Source: a virus. From it: a stretch of 45,382 bases of DNA. This document shows positions 32,761 to 41,385 of this stretch, in pieces. A program made the position numbers and the translations under genes. Each line of letters begins with the position of its first letter. The first letter of the stretch is position 1. The stretch lies in the IMG/VR virus record IMGVR_UViG_3300029515_000010, positions 1-45,382 of that record, one strand, 5' to 3'. Below the pieces are notes generated by a model, which saw only the letters and a program-made list of their open reading frames with translations, had not been told where the DNA came from and did no database searches.

Positions 32761-32977
32761 GCAGATAGCAATTATGAAGCTTCTTCCTAGTCTGGAGATA
32801 GCAGGATGTATTAACGAATTGCTCAGAGAGCTTCAGTCCAGAGGGGATCACATTTTGGATTATGAGAACTGCGACATGTCTCTGGACCATGTGGAATACC
32901 ACAAAGCCGAAGATATCGATGGAGAGAAGTTCGGAGATGCATCAGATAACCTTTATTGTTTCTTTAAGGCGGTGTAA
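32753..32977 (+). CDS. Hypothetical protein
   Basis: 74 aa from ATG 32753 (GGAAGTG 6 nt upstream). Confidence 0.45.
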   Translation: MSKQIAIMKLLPSLEIAGCINELLRELQSRGDHILDYENCDMSLDHVEYHKAEDIDGEKFGDASDNLYCFFKAV

Positions 32978-32979
32978 GT

Positions 32980-33150
32980 ATGGACGAACGCATTCAAGAA
33001 GTATTGAGATTAATCGACATACAACTTGCCACAGTCCCGGATAACCCTATCGAAGAATCATACAAGGCAAGAACGTTAGCGAGCTACGTACAGGCTCTGA
33101 ACGGGCTTTTAACGGCTCAGAAATCATATAAGGAGGAAAGCAATGAGTGA
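32980..33150 (+). CDS. Hypothetical small protein (below the track cutoff)
   Basis: 56 aa by hand translation, MDERIQEVLRLIDIQLATVPDNPIEESYKARTLASYVQALNGLLTAQKSYKEESNE. It fills the gap and overlaps the next start. Confidence 0.45.
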   Translation: MDERIQEVLRLIDIQLATVPDNPIEESYKARTLASYVQALNGLLTAQKSYKEESNE

Positions 33151-33343
33151 ATTTGAAATCCGTATTCCGGCAAGGAAGAAACAGCCTGTAACCGATAAGG
33201 ATAACCCAGTTGTGAAAGTATCAGCAGGTGCATACAACGCACTGGTTGAAATCTATAACGAATCAACCTTATCAATGAAAGATATTGCGAGTTTGCTGAT
33301 TATCGAGAGCAGTAAGCATGTGATTTATGACAAGGAGGAATAG
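33143..33343 (+). CDS. Hypothetical protein
   Basis: 66 aa. AAGGAGG RBS. Confidence 0.5.
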   Translation: MSEFEIRIPARKKQPVTDKDNPVVKVSAGAYNALVEIYNESTLSMKDIASLLIIESSKHVIYDKEE

Positions 33344-33345
33344 AA

Positions 33346-33975
33346 GTGAATATATATGAGAAGTTAGGTATTATTCAGTCAAAGTTGAAAGCCCCTAAAG
33401 GACAGTACAATTCCTTCGGGAAATACAAATACAGGAGCTGTGAGGATATTCTGGAGGCTGTAAAACCGCTTCTGGCAGAAACAAAGACTGTGTTAAGCGT
33501 CACAGATCGGATGGAAGTTGTCGGGGATAGAATATACGTCAGGGCAGAAGCTCATCTGAACGACTGTGAAGATACCGGCGAGATTACAACCGTTGCTTAT
33601 GCAAGGGAAGAAGAGTCAAAAAAAGGCATGGATTCTTCCCAGGTTACAGGCGCAGCGTCATCTTATGCAAGAAAGTATGCGCTGAATGGTTTGTTCTGCA
33701 TTGATGACAACAAAGACAGTGATTCTACTAATGCAGGTAGCAGCGGAAAAACATCAGCTAAAAAGCCAGAATCAAAAGAACCTGTTGAGATGATTACTTC
33801 AGAAAATGTAATGAGCATCCAGAACATCATTGACAAATATCCGAATTCTAACTTGTTTGAACAGATTAAAACTCGTTTCAAGGTAGACGATGTGAAAGGA
33901 CTCACAAAAGAAAAAGGGCAAAAATGTCTCAAAATGTTGATTGAGTACGATAAACAGCATAGTGGAAAGGAATAA
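33346..33975 (+). CDS. ERF-family single-strand annealing recombinase
   Basis: 209 aa. NSFGKYKYRSCEDILEAVKPLL ... VTGAASSYARKYALNGLFCIDD is typical of ERF proteins. Confidence 0.8.
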   Translation: MNIYEKLGIIQSKLKAPKGQYNSFGKYKYRSCEDILEAVKPLLAETKTVLSVTDRMEVVGDRIYVRAEAHLNDCEDTGEITTVAYAREEESKKGMDSSQVTGAASSYARKYALNGLFCIDDNKDSDSTNAGSSGKTSAKKPESKEPVEMITSENVMSIQNIIDKYPNSNLFEQIKTRFKVDDVKGLTKEKGQKCLKMLIEYDKQHSGKE

Positions 33976-33978
33976 AAA

Positions 33979-34401
33979 ATGAACAAAGTTATTCTTACAG
34001 GACGATTTACAAGAGATCCAGAAGTCAGATATACAAATGATGGAGCATCAATCGCAAGATTTTCCATTGCAGTCAATAGAAGATTTGTAAAAGAGGGTTC
34101 TAATCAGAAAGCGGACTTCCTTAATTGTGTTGCATTTGGAAAATCTGCGGAATTTATCGAAAAATATTTCACAAAAGGAATGAAAGCAGATTTATCTGGA
34201 AGAATCCAGACAGGATCCTATACGAATAAAGACAGCGTGAAGATATATACAACAGATATTGTTGTCGAGGAAATCGAATTCGGCGAAAGCAAAGGTTCTT
34301 CACAGGCACAGACAGCATTGCCTACACCGAATCCAGAAGCCGACCCGGACGGCTTTATGAGCATTCCTGATGGTATCGACGAGGAGATGCCATTTAATTG
34401 A
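33979..34401 (+). CDS. ssb: Single-stranded DNA-binding protein
   Basis: 140 aa. OB-fold N-terminus MNKVILTGRFTRDPEVRYTNDGASIARFSIAVNR and an acidic tail DEEMPFN. Confidence 0.9.
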   Translation: MNKVILTGRFTRDPEVRYTNDGASIARFSIAVNRRFVKEGSNQKADFLNCVAFGKSAEFIEKYFTKGMKADLSGRIQTGSYTNKDSVKIYTTDIVVEEIEFGESKGSSQAQTALPTPNPEADPDGFMSIPDGIDEEMPFN

Positions 34402-34898
34402 TACAGATTGATAGCAGAGAACATCAGAAAGTTATTGATGGCATTAAAAAGGCATTTGACGAGGCAGGGGAAAAATGGTTCGTGTCAAAGCTGTATGTGG
34501 GTGATTACATGAATTATGATAACCCGCGTTTAGTAGTTGATAGAAAACAGAACCTTGCAGAGTTATGCGGAAATGTATGTCAGCAGCATGAAAGATTCCG
34601 ATCTGAAATTATCCGGGCAAATGAAGCAGGAATAAAACTTGTCTTCTTATGCGAACACGGGAAAGGAATCGAAAAGCTGGACGATGTTCTCTGGTGGGAG
34701 AATCCCAGGGCGAAGAAGCGGGTTAAGAAAAATGGTATCTGGATTGAGCAAGAACAGAAAGTTATGCACGGCGATACGCTGTACAAAATTCTATGCACAA
34801 TGCAGAGAAAATATGGCGTTGAGTTCCTATTTTGTGACAAGAAAAATACTGGAAAACGAATAATGGAGATTCTGTCGGATGGACAAAGAAAAAATTAA
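34398..34898 (+). CDS. ERCC4-type nuclease (structure-specific or resolvase-like)
   Basis: 166 aa. IDSREH ... VGDY ... VVDRKQNLAELCGNV matches the ERCC4 GDxn(E/D)RKx3D motif. Confidence 0.65.
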   Translation: MIQIDSREHQKVIDGIKKAFDEAGEKWFVSKLYVGDYMNYDNPRLVVDRKQNLAELCGNVCQQHERFRSEIIRANEAGIKLVFLCEHGKGIEKLDDVLWWENPRAKKRVKKNGIWIEQEQKVMHGDTLYKILCTMQRKYGVEFLFCDKKNTGKRIMEILSDGQRKN

Positions 34899-35370
34899 AC
34901 AGCAGAACAGTATGAGAGATGTTCTTGCCAGATACGGAATGATTCCGAACAGAGCTGGCTTTATCAGTTGCCCATTTCATTCTGGTGACCGTACTGCTTC
35001 AATGAAAATTTACAAAGACAGCTACTATTGCTTCGGATGTGGTGCGACTGGTGACATTTTTACATTCGTCCAGAACATGGATAATTGCGATTTTAAGACA
35101 GCCTTTCAGATTCTTGGCGGAACATACCATAAACCTGATTTTTCGTCCAGAATGGCAATATATCACGCTCAGAAGCAAAAAGAAATGAGAGAGAAAGCAG
35201 AACAGAAGAAAAAGGTTGAGCTTCAAGAATGCTTGTCGGATATAGATTTCTACAGAGCTATCCTTGTCAGAGTGAAACCATTATCTGACGGATGGTGTGA
35301 AGCATGGAACAGGTTGCAACTTGCGCTATATCACCATGGATTCATAACAGGACTGGAAGAAGGTGATTGA
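34879..35370 (+). CDS. CHC2 zinc-finger protein (DnaG-primase zinc-binding domain)
   Basis: 163 aa. CPFHSGDRTASMKIYKDSYYCFGCGATGDIFTFV. Confidence 0.8.
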   Translation: MDKEKIKQQNSMRDVLARYGMIPNRAGFISCPFHSGDRTASMKIYKDSYYCFGCGATGDIFTFVQNMDNCDFKTAFQILGGTYHKPDFSSRMAIYHAQKQKEMREKAEQKKKVELQECLSDIDFYRAILVRVKPLSDGWCEAWNRLQLALYHHGFITGLEEGD

Positions 35371-37274
35371 AAGTGGAAATGATAAACAAGCTCACGAAGG
35401 ATTCTATTCTGGACGAAGAAGTGTTTGACGAGATATTCAGCCAGGAAGACGAGATATACAAGGCACGTCTTACGCTGACCCTTCTGGACAGAGCCAAGGA
35501 GCTTGGTGTAAAGAAAAAATTCGAAGATTTGCTGAAGGCTTACACAAAAGTACAGAAGCAGATGATCGAGAAAGAGAAAAGTAATAGGACGTTGTCTATG
35601 CTGGACCAGTGGACTAATTTCTCTGATTGTGAATATGACAGAATGAAATGTCTTAACTGGATAGCAGATGATGACGGAATCAGAATATCAAACACAAATC
35701 CAGGATCGCCGGATATTATAGCTTGCTATCACCCTATTCTTCCAATCGAACGAATGAAGAATCTGGAGACCGGGGAAGAGCAGATAAAGTTAATCTATAA
35801 GAGGAATAATAAGTGGTCAGAGGTTATTGTTCCAAAAACCATGGTTGCATCAGCCAGTAAAATTGTTGGTTTATCCGCGCTTGGTATTTCAGTGACTTCT
35901 GAGAATGCGAAGTTCCTTGTCCGGTATCTGTCAGACGTAGAAAATGCCAATGATGATTATATCAACATCCAATATTCCTCTAGTAAAATCGGGTGGATTC
36001 GAGATTATTTTCTGCCTTACGACAAGGATATCGTATTTGATGGTGATATGAGATTCCGGCAGTTATACGAAAGTATCAGCGTAGGTGGCAGCAGAGCAGA
36101 ATGGTATGAACATGTAAAAAAGGTTCGTGCTACTGGAAGAATCGAACCAAAAATCATGTTGGCTGCAAGTTTTGCAAGCATTCTAATTAAACTGGTCGGT
36201 GCTCTTCCGTTCTTTGTGGATTTATGGGGCGAAACCGAGGGCGGTAAGACTGTAACACTTATGCTAGGAGCTTCTGTCTGGGCGAACCCTGGCGAATCTA
36301 GATACATAGGAGATTTTAAAACAACCGATGTGGCCCTGGAAGCAAAATCCGATATGCTAAACAATCTTCCACTAATTCTGGATGATACTTCCAAGGTATC
36401 TGCCAAGATCAGGGACAACTTCGAGGGAATTGTGTATGACTTGTGTTCCGGCAAAGGGAAAAGTCGTTCTAACAAAGAACTGGGTGTGAACCGGGAGAAC
36501 CGCTGGCAGAACTGCATTCTAACCAATGGTGAGCGTCCACTTGCTGGCTATGTCAGCCAGGGCGGAGCGATTAACCGAATCATCGAGGTTGAGTGTTCTG
36601 AGAAAATATTTGATGATCCGCAGCTTACCGCAGATACGCTTAAAAAGAACTACGGGTACGCAGGAATTGATTTTGTGAATGTAGTTAAGGAAATGTCCAT
36701 TGACGATATAAAAGCCATGCAGAAGCATTTTCAGAGTCTTATACAGGATGATGATAAAATGCAGAAGCAGAGTATATCAATGAGTATTATCCTGGCAGCA
36801 GATAAAATCGCAACAGATCAGCTGTTCCATGATGGCCAGTACATTGACATTGAGACGGCTAAGAATCTTCTGACAGAGAAAGAAATGGTATCTGAAAACG
36901 AACGCGCTTACTGGTTCGTGCTTGATAAGATTGCCATGAACGGAATTAAATTCGATGATAACCCGGATATAAAAACAGAAAGGTGGGGAATTATCGACAA
37001 TGATCCGGTAGAAAAAACGTCAACCGCAATAATTTATAGCGCAGCGTTTGATGATCTGTGCAAAATTGGAAGATTCTCCAGAAAGGCATTCTTGTCATGG
37101 GCTGTTAAGAAGGGGCTTGTGGAAACCGACAGCAGAGGATATCCGACCAAAGCAAAAAAACTTGACGGAATTGTCACCAAATGTGTGTTCTTGAAAATTG
37201 TAGATGAAATTCCAAAAGGTTTTGTTAATTGCAATGATGATTTTGAGATTACAGACGATATTGTGTTTGATTAA
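35367..37274 (+). CDS. DUF927-type P-loop replicative helicase (SF3-like)
   Basis: 635 aa. Walker A GETEGGKT and Walker B LILDD. The iteron origin lies immediately downstream. Confidence 0.7.
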   Translation: MKVEMINKLTKDSILDEEVFDEIFSQEDEIYKARLTLTLLDRAKELGVKKKFEDLLKAYTKVQKQMIEKEKSNRTLSMLDQWTNFSDCEYDRMKCLNWIADDDGIRISNTNPGSPDIIACYHPILPIERMKNLETGEEQIKLIYKRNNKWSEVIVPKTMVASASKIVGLSALGISVTSENAKFLVRYLSDVENANDDYINIQYSSSKIGWIRDYFLPYDKDIVFDGDMRFRQLYESISVGGSRAEWYEHVKKVRATGRIEPKIMLAASFASILIKLVGALPFFVDLWGETEGGKTVTLMLGASVWANPGESRYIGDFKTTDVALEAKSDMLNNLPLILDDTSKVSAKIRDNFEGIVYDLCSGKGKSRSNKELGVNRENRWQNCILTNGERPLAGYVSQGGAINRIIEVECSEKIFDDPQLTADTLKKNYGYAGIDFVNVVKEMSIDDIKAMQKHFQSLIQDDDKMQKQSISMSIILAADKIATDQLFHDGQYIDIETAKNLLTEKEMVSENERAYWFVLDKIAMNGIKFDDNPDIKTERWGIIDNDPVEKTSTAIIYSAAFDDLCKIGRFSRKAFLSWAVKKGLVETDSRGYPTKAKKLDGIVTKCVFLKIVDEIPKGFVNCNDDFEITDDIVFD

Positions 37275-37292
37275 CAAACAATTCGTCCAAAA

Positions 37293-37478
37293 GGTAACCG
37301 GGTAACCTAGGTAACCTTTGATTCTGCATATATATATATGAGTATTTATATGTGCATATTGAGTATAAAAGTTTCCCTATATGAGAAAGTCAGGGTTACT
37401 CGGTTACTCGGTTACCTACCTGTAAAATCAATGGTTTACACGAATTAGTACGGTTACATCTCGGTTACTGTGGGTTAC
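37293..37478. repeat. Origin-of-replication-like iteron field
   Basis: GGTAACC x3 at 37293, 37301 and 37310. An AT-rich core contains (TA)n. GGTTAC x6 in the opposite orientation at 37394, 37402, 37410, 37452, 37463 and 37473. A ~65-nt block with almost no G or C lies at 37479-37545. Confidence 0.7.
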
Positions 37479-37617
37479 TTATATTAAAATAATATAAATA
37501 TATTATATTTATAAAATAAAATTAAATAGAGCGTATACAGTATATTGTATACAATATTCAAAGGAGACGGTAAAAATAAAAGTAGAAGCAAAGGATATTC
37601 CGTATATTCAAAAATTC

Positions 37618-37845
37618 ATGACTGAATTCTGGAAAGCTATAAAAGATTTCTATTTAGTTGAACTTACAGACGAATATTCCAGGCAGGCCACTGATCGTCT
37701 GATAGAACTTGGAGAGTATGCGGAAATGTGCCCTGATAATAATGATAAACAGTTTATTAAGAATTGTCTAGTTGCTTTTAATAAGCTATTAGATTCTAAA
37801 CAGAGAGGATTGATAAAGAATGCACAACACAAAGAACAGATATGA
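37618..37845 (+). CDS. Hypothetical protein. The start may be ATA 37576.
   Basis: 75 aa from an ATG with no RBS. The frame is open upstream, with AAGGAGA 9 nt before an in-frame ATA at 37576. Confidence 0.5.
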   Translation: MTEFWKAIKDFYLVELTDEYSRQATDRLIELGEYAEMCPDNNDKQFIKNCLVAFNKLLDSKQRGLIKNAQHKEQI

Positions 37846-38086
37846 GCAGGGACAGGCTCTCAGAAAAGAAATTTATATGTATATCATCAGTTATATCAAA
37901 CTGGTTGGATATGCACCGTCAATTACAGAGATTTCTGAAAGGGTGGATGCCGGGAGAGCTACGGTCTGGAAACATATCAATAATCTGGTTGATGATGGTT
38001 TGCTCAAGACGAACCATCCCAGTACCGACAGGGCATATACTCCGGTTGGGTACGGAATAAGAAAGATAAGTAAGGAGACAAGATGA
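37820..38086 (+). CDS. LexA N-terminal DNA-binding-domain-like winged-helix protein (no cleavage or peptidase domain)
   Basis: 88 aa. IISYIKLVGYAPSITEISERVDAGRATVWKHINNLVDDGLL parallels LexA FIKxxxxxGYPPSVREIGEAVGLxSSSTVHGHLxxLExKGLI, from memory. Confidence 0.6.
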   Translation: MHNTKNRYEQGQALRKEIYMYIISYIKLVGYAPSITEISERVDAGRATVWKHINNLVDDGLLKTNHPSTDRAYTPVGYGIRKISKETR

Positions 38087-38340
38087 AACTTTATGACATT
38101 GTTGCAGCAGATGGTACATTCGTCGACAGTATGAGCAGAATAGAGATTTTGGAACGGTTCGGGATTTCTAAAGGAGTCTTTCAAAGATATCTGGATAATG
38201 GCGATCTGTTAGAAGGGAAATATCAGATAAATGATTATGACTGTGATATAAAAGCAAGAAAATGTAAGGACAGGGAATTATTCTTACAGTTTGACATTCT
38301 GGCTCAGAAGATAAGGAGGGCTGTCGGATGGGAAAGTTAA
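38083..38340 (+). CDS. Hypothetical protein
   Basis: 85 aa. ATGA overlap with the upstream gene. Confidence 0.45.
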   Translation: MKLYDIVAADGTFVDSMSRIEILERFGISKGVFQRYLDNGDLLEGKYQINDYDCDIKARKCKDRELFLQFDILAQKIRRAVGWES

Positions 38341-38708
38341 AAATCAAGCAGAAAAAGAAAGTATTCATTCCGTATACGAATCAGCAGGCTAATATGTTTG
38401 CGCAGTCTATCCAGAACTGCCAGAAAGAGCTTAAGGAAATGGAAAAGAAAGCCTATGAAGATGGTTTTACCGTTGGCGAGGATTGGAGCAATACGATTAA
38501 CACCGTCACAACCATGATGGCTCTGAGACGTTTATATGGCTTTTCTACGAAACGATTGCTGGATGTGGTAAGAACTGCCAATGGGTATGTTGAAATGGCA
38601 AACAGGGGCGAAATGAGCGTTCTGAGCATGATGCATGACATTGAAGAGAACACAGATGTAAGATTCGATGAGATGAATAAAAATCTGGTTAAGAAGATGG
38701 GAGTATAG
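38328..38708 (+). CDS. Hypothetical protein
   Basis: 126 aa. GGAGGG RBS. Confidence 0.5.
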   Translation: MGKLKIKQKKKVFIPYTNQQANMFAQSIQNCQKELKEMEKKAYEDGFTVGEDWSNTINTVTTMMALRRLYGFSTKRLLDVVRTANGYVEMANRGEMSVLSMMHDIEENTDVRFDEMNKNLVKKMGV

Positions 38709-38709
38709 G

Positions 38710-39591
38710 ATGGATTTAGAACAAAAAGCAATTGAGAGAATTCGACTTGCATCTGATCTTTCGTTGAAACATTATGAAAAGCCACTTGTGTGCACATATT
38801 CCGGAGGAAAAGACTCCGATGTGATGCTAGAACTCTTTCGCAGGAGCGGCATACCATTTGAAGTACACAATAGTCACACCACGGCAGATGCACCGCAAAC
38901 TGTACGGCACATACGAAAGGTATTTAAAAGTCTGGAAGAAAAAGGAATTAAATGCGAAATAGAAATGCCGAAGTATAAAGGCGAACATATCACGATGTGG
39001 AAACTGATTCCATTAAAATTGATGCCACCAACAAGACAAGTTCGCTACTGCTGTCAAGTCCTTAAAGAAACAGGGTGTGCAAATAGATATATTGCTACTG
39101 GCGTGAGATGGGCCGAAAGCAGGCAGAGAAAAGAAAGAGAAGAATTTGAAAAAATTAGTGCGACAAAGGCAACTAAAGAAAAATTCACATCAATTATGCT
39201 AATAAACGACAATGACGCCAATCGCAGAATGAACGAACTTTGTATGCAGAAAAACAAAATGGTTGTCAATCCCATCATTGACTGGAAAAATTCTGATATA
39301 TGGGAGTTTATTAATTCAGAACATATAGAAACTTGCGAGCTGTACAAATGTGGATATGACAGAGTTGGTTGTATTGGCTGTCCAATGGCTGGAAGTAGGA
39401 GATATAAAGAATTTGCAGATTTTCCCAAATACAAGCAGTCTTATATTAGGGCGTTTGGGAGAATGCTAGATGTTCGAAAAGAAAAGGGACTAGAAGCCCA
39501 ATGGGAGACAGGCGAAGAAGTTTATCTATGGTGGATGCAAGACAACAACGTAGTTGGTCAGATGGAATTATCTGATTTTATTAAATATTGA
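38710..39591 (+). CDS. PAPS-reductase-family PP-loop ATP pyrophosphatase
   Basis: 293 aa. PP-loop YSGGKDSDV near the N-terminus and a C-terminal Cys cluster CELYKCGYDRVGCIGCPMA. Confidence 0.75.
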   Translation: MDLEQKAIERIRLASDLSLKHYEKPLVCTYSGGKDSDVMLELFRRSGIPFEVHNSHTTADAPQTVRHIRKVFKSLEEKGIKCEIEMPKYKGEHITMWKLIPLKLMPPTRQVRYCCQVLKETGCANRYIATGVRWAESRQRKEREEFEKISATKATKEKFTSIMLINDNDANRRMNELCMQKNKMVVNPIIDWKNSDIWEFINSEHIETCELYKCGYDRVGCIGCPMAGSRRYKEFADFPKYKQSYIRAFGRMLDVRKEKGLEAQWETGEEVYLWWMQDNNVVGQMELSDFIKY

Positions 39592-39668
39592 GGAAACATA
39601 AATACAGAAATCATGGAGGACTGCACAATAGCGTGTCAGTTGCTTACATGGGGAAAGTGAGGATGGAA

Positions 39669-40115
39669 ATGGGAAGTTATACAATAAATCTTCCAAGAGG
39701 ACTGGAAGTGGATATTTTTGACCTGCCGGAGGATTTTAAAGAACAGGTTGAGCAGGCATTCAAAGAGTATACATCTGGAACAGCAAAAGCGTATATGTAC
39801 GTTGACAAGTTGGGATTCATTGACCGTTGTGTAAGACATATTAACGGAGACAAAAACAGCTACGATGTAGTGGATGAAAAAGTAGAAGATTTTATTACCA
39901 CTCAGTGGAGAGAATATGGACAGCTTGATAATAAAGACGATGTATACAGTGCTGATTTTATGGCAGATTGTTATTCTGCGGGCGTACAGAATGCAGTATT
40001 GTGCTCTCATTTCGGAACTGACGATCATCACATTTACGATCAGATTCAGAAAGTTCTGGTGCAGGTAATTACAATTGTAATGAATTATGAAGATAAGGAG
40101 GACGCAAAATGTTAA
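39669..40115 (+). CDS. Hypothetical protein (start uncertain)
   Basis: The frame is open from 39588. ATG 39669 lies 6 nt after GTGAGG. Confidence 0.45.
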   Translation: MGSYTINLPRGLEVDIFDLPEDFKEQVEQAFKEYTSGTAKAYMYVDKLGFIDRCVRHINGDKNSYDVVDEKVEDFITTQWREYGQLDNKDDVYSADFMADCYSAGVQNAVLCSHFGTDDHHIYDQIQKVLVQVITIVMNYEDKEDAKC

Positions 40116-40456
40116 TCAGAAGTCAGGATAAAACAATAATAGTAAATATTGATAATGCTTTCAGTATTGCAATTCGAGATATTAATGGAGCGGCATCAAT
40201 ATATGTCGGAAGTCAAGGCAGTTGTTGCATTATCGCTGAATATTCCACCAAAGCAAAAGCCATGAAAGTACTGGATATGGTTCAGGAAGCCTATGCAGAC
40301 ACAGAGTTGATTCCAATGACAGTTCCAAATATTGGAAAGATGTTCGCAGAAGCAACAGCATCGAAAGAAAATGAACTTTTGGCTGAAACTATTGGAAAAG
40401 CACTTATGAATAAAATGGTCTTTCAGATGCCAGAAGATAGCGAGGTGGAAGCATGA
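40109..40456 (+). CDS. Hypothetical protein
   Basis: 115 aa. AAGGAGG RBS. Confidence 0.5.
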   Translation: MLIRSQDKTIIVNIDNAFSIAIRDINGAASIYVGSQGSCCIIAEYSTKAKAMKVLDMVQEAYADTELIPMTVPNIGKMFAEATASKENELLAETIGKALMNKMVFQMPEDSEVEA

Positions 40457-40806
40457 GCCATATCAAAGACAGATTAACCGATTATCACAATCAGATGAAG
40501 AAGCTGGCAGAACAGCACGAAATGATTACCGCCAGAGACGTTCTGGACATGATAGAACAGCTTCAAGATGACTTAGAACTGGATGAAAATGAAAACGATT
40601 GGATTCCAGTCGAAAAGAAACTGCCAGAGCCGGACAAGGATGTTGCTGTACTGCTTAAAGGCTTTATCCCGGCAATTGGTAGATATGAAGTAATAAGAGA
40701 CGGCATTGGAGCCTTTGTAGTTCCAGGGCAAATTGAGACTCCTGTAGAATTCAGATTGCCTGTAACTGCATGGACATCGTTGCCAGAACCATACAAGGAG
40801 GGCTAA
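40453..40806 (+). CDS. DUF551-like protein
   Basis: 117 aa. DWIPVEKKLPEPDKDVAVLL is the DUF551-type motif, from memory. Confidence 0.5.
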   Translation: MSHIKDRLTDYHNQMKKLAEQHEMITARDVLDMIEQLQDDLELDENENDWIPVEKKLPEPDKDVAVLLKGFIPAIGRYEVIRDGIGAFVVPGQIETPVEFRLPVTAWTSLPEPYKEG

Positions 40807-40959
40807 ATGGGAAGATGTAAATTAGAGTGTCCGGACGGCGAAACAGAATGCTGTATCTGCTGTGAAAAACAAGACGGTTGCGATAACCGGTGCGACATGA
40901 TGGACAGCTACGAATACGCAGAAGAGTGCGAAGATTATGTAAAGGAGGAAGAAACATGA
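40807..40959 (+). CDS. Small Cys-rich protein (below the track cutoff)
   Basis: 50 aa by hand translation, MGRCKLECPDGETECCICCEKQDGCDNRCDMMDSYEYAEECEDYVKEEET. The reverse ORF 40751..41080 over it is a shadow. Confidence 0.45.
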   Translation: MGRCKLECPDGETECCICCEKQDGCDNRCDMMDSYEYAEECEDYVKEEET

Positions 40960-41057
40960 TTACATTCATATTAGTATTCATCCTTGGAACCATATTTGGA
41001 GTAGTTGGTCTTGTATGCGTGGCGATTATGTATGATAAGTACCACCCAGACGAATAG
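40956..41057 (+). CDS. 33-aa hydrophobic peptide
   Basis: MITFILVFILGTIFGVVGLVCVAIMYDKYHPDE. ATGA overlap and AAGGAGG RBS. Confidence 0.4.
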   Translation: MITFILVFILGTIFGVVGLVCVAIMYDKYHPDE

Positions 41058-41070
41058 AAAGGAGAACAGT

Positions 41071-41385
41071 ATGCTGACAAGGAATAAAAAGCTGAAAGAC
41101 TACGGTATTCCGGCTGAGGACATAGAAAAACTGAACGCGATGCTGAAAGACTTTCCGGCAGAGTACAGATACCTGCTTTCCGGTGCTGCCTTGTCAGCTT
41201 GCCCGAAAAACACGGTGATAGCGGATATGATTACTGAGAATATCCTACACCGGAAGAGTTATAGGAAAATCAGCAGAGAAAGATATATCCCGATGAACCC
41301 GAAGGACTTTTATGGATACAGGCGCAAGACCGTCGCTGTACTGTATGAGAGGATACGGTTGTTGGGAGTGTGGGAGGATGAATAA
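41071..41385 (+). CDS. Putative transcription regulator, paralog A (RinA / sigma-region-4-like C-terminus)
   Basis: 104 aa from ATG 41071 (AAAGGAGA RBS). Homologous along its length to 43809..44105 (LKDYGIPAEDI / LIDYGVPPDDI; DFYGYRRK / DFYGYKRK). Confidence 0.5.
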   Translation: MLTRNKKLKDYGIPAEDIEKLNAMLKDFPAEYRYLLSGAALSACPKNTVIADMITENILHRKSYRKISRERYIPMNPKDFYGYRRKTVAVLYERIRLLGVWEDE

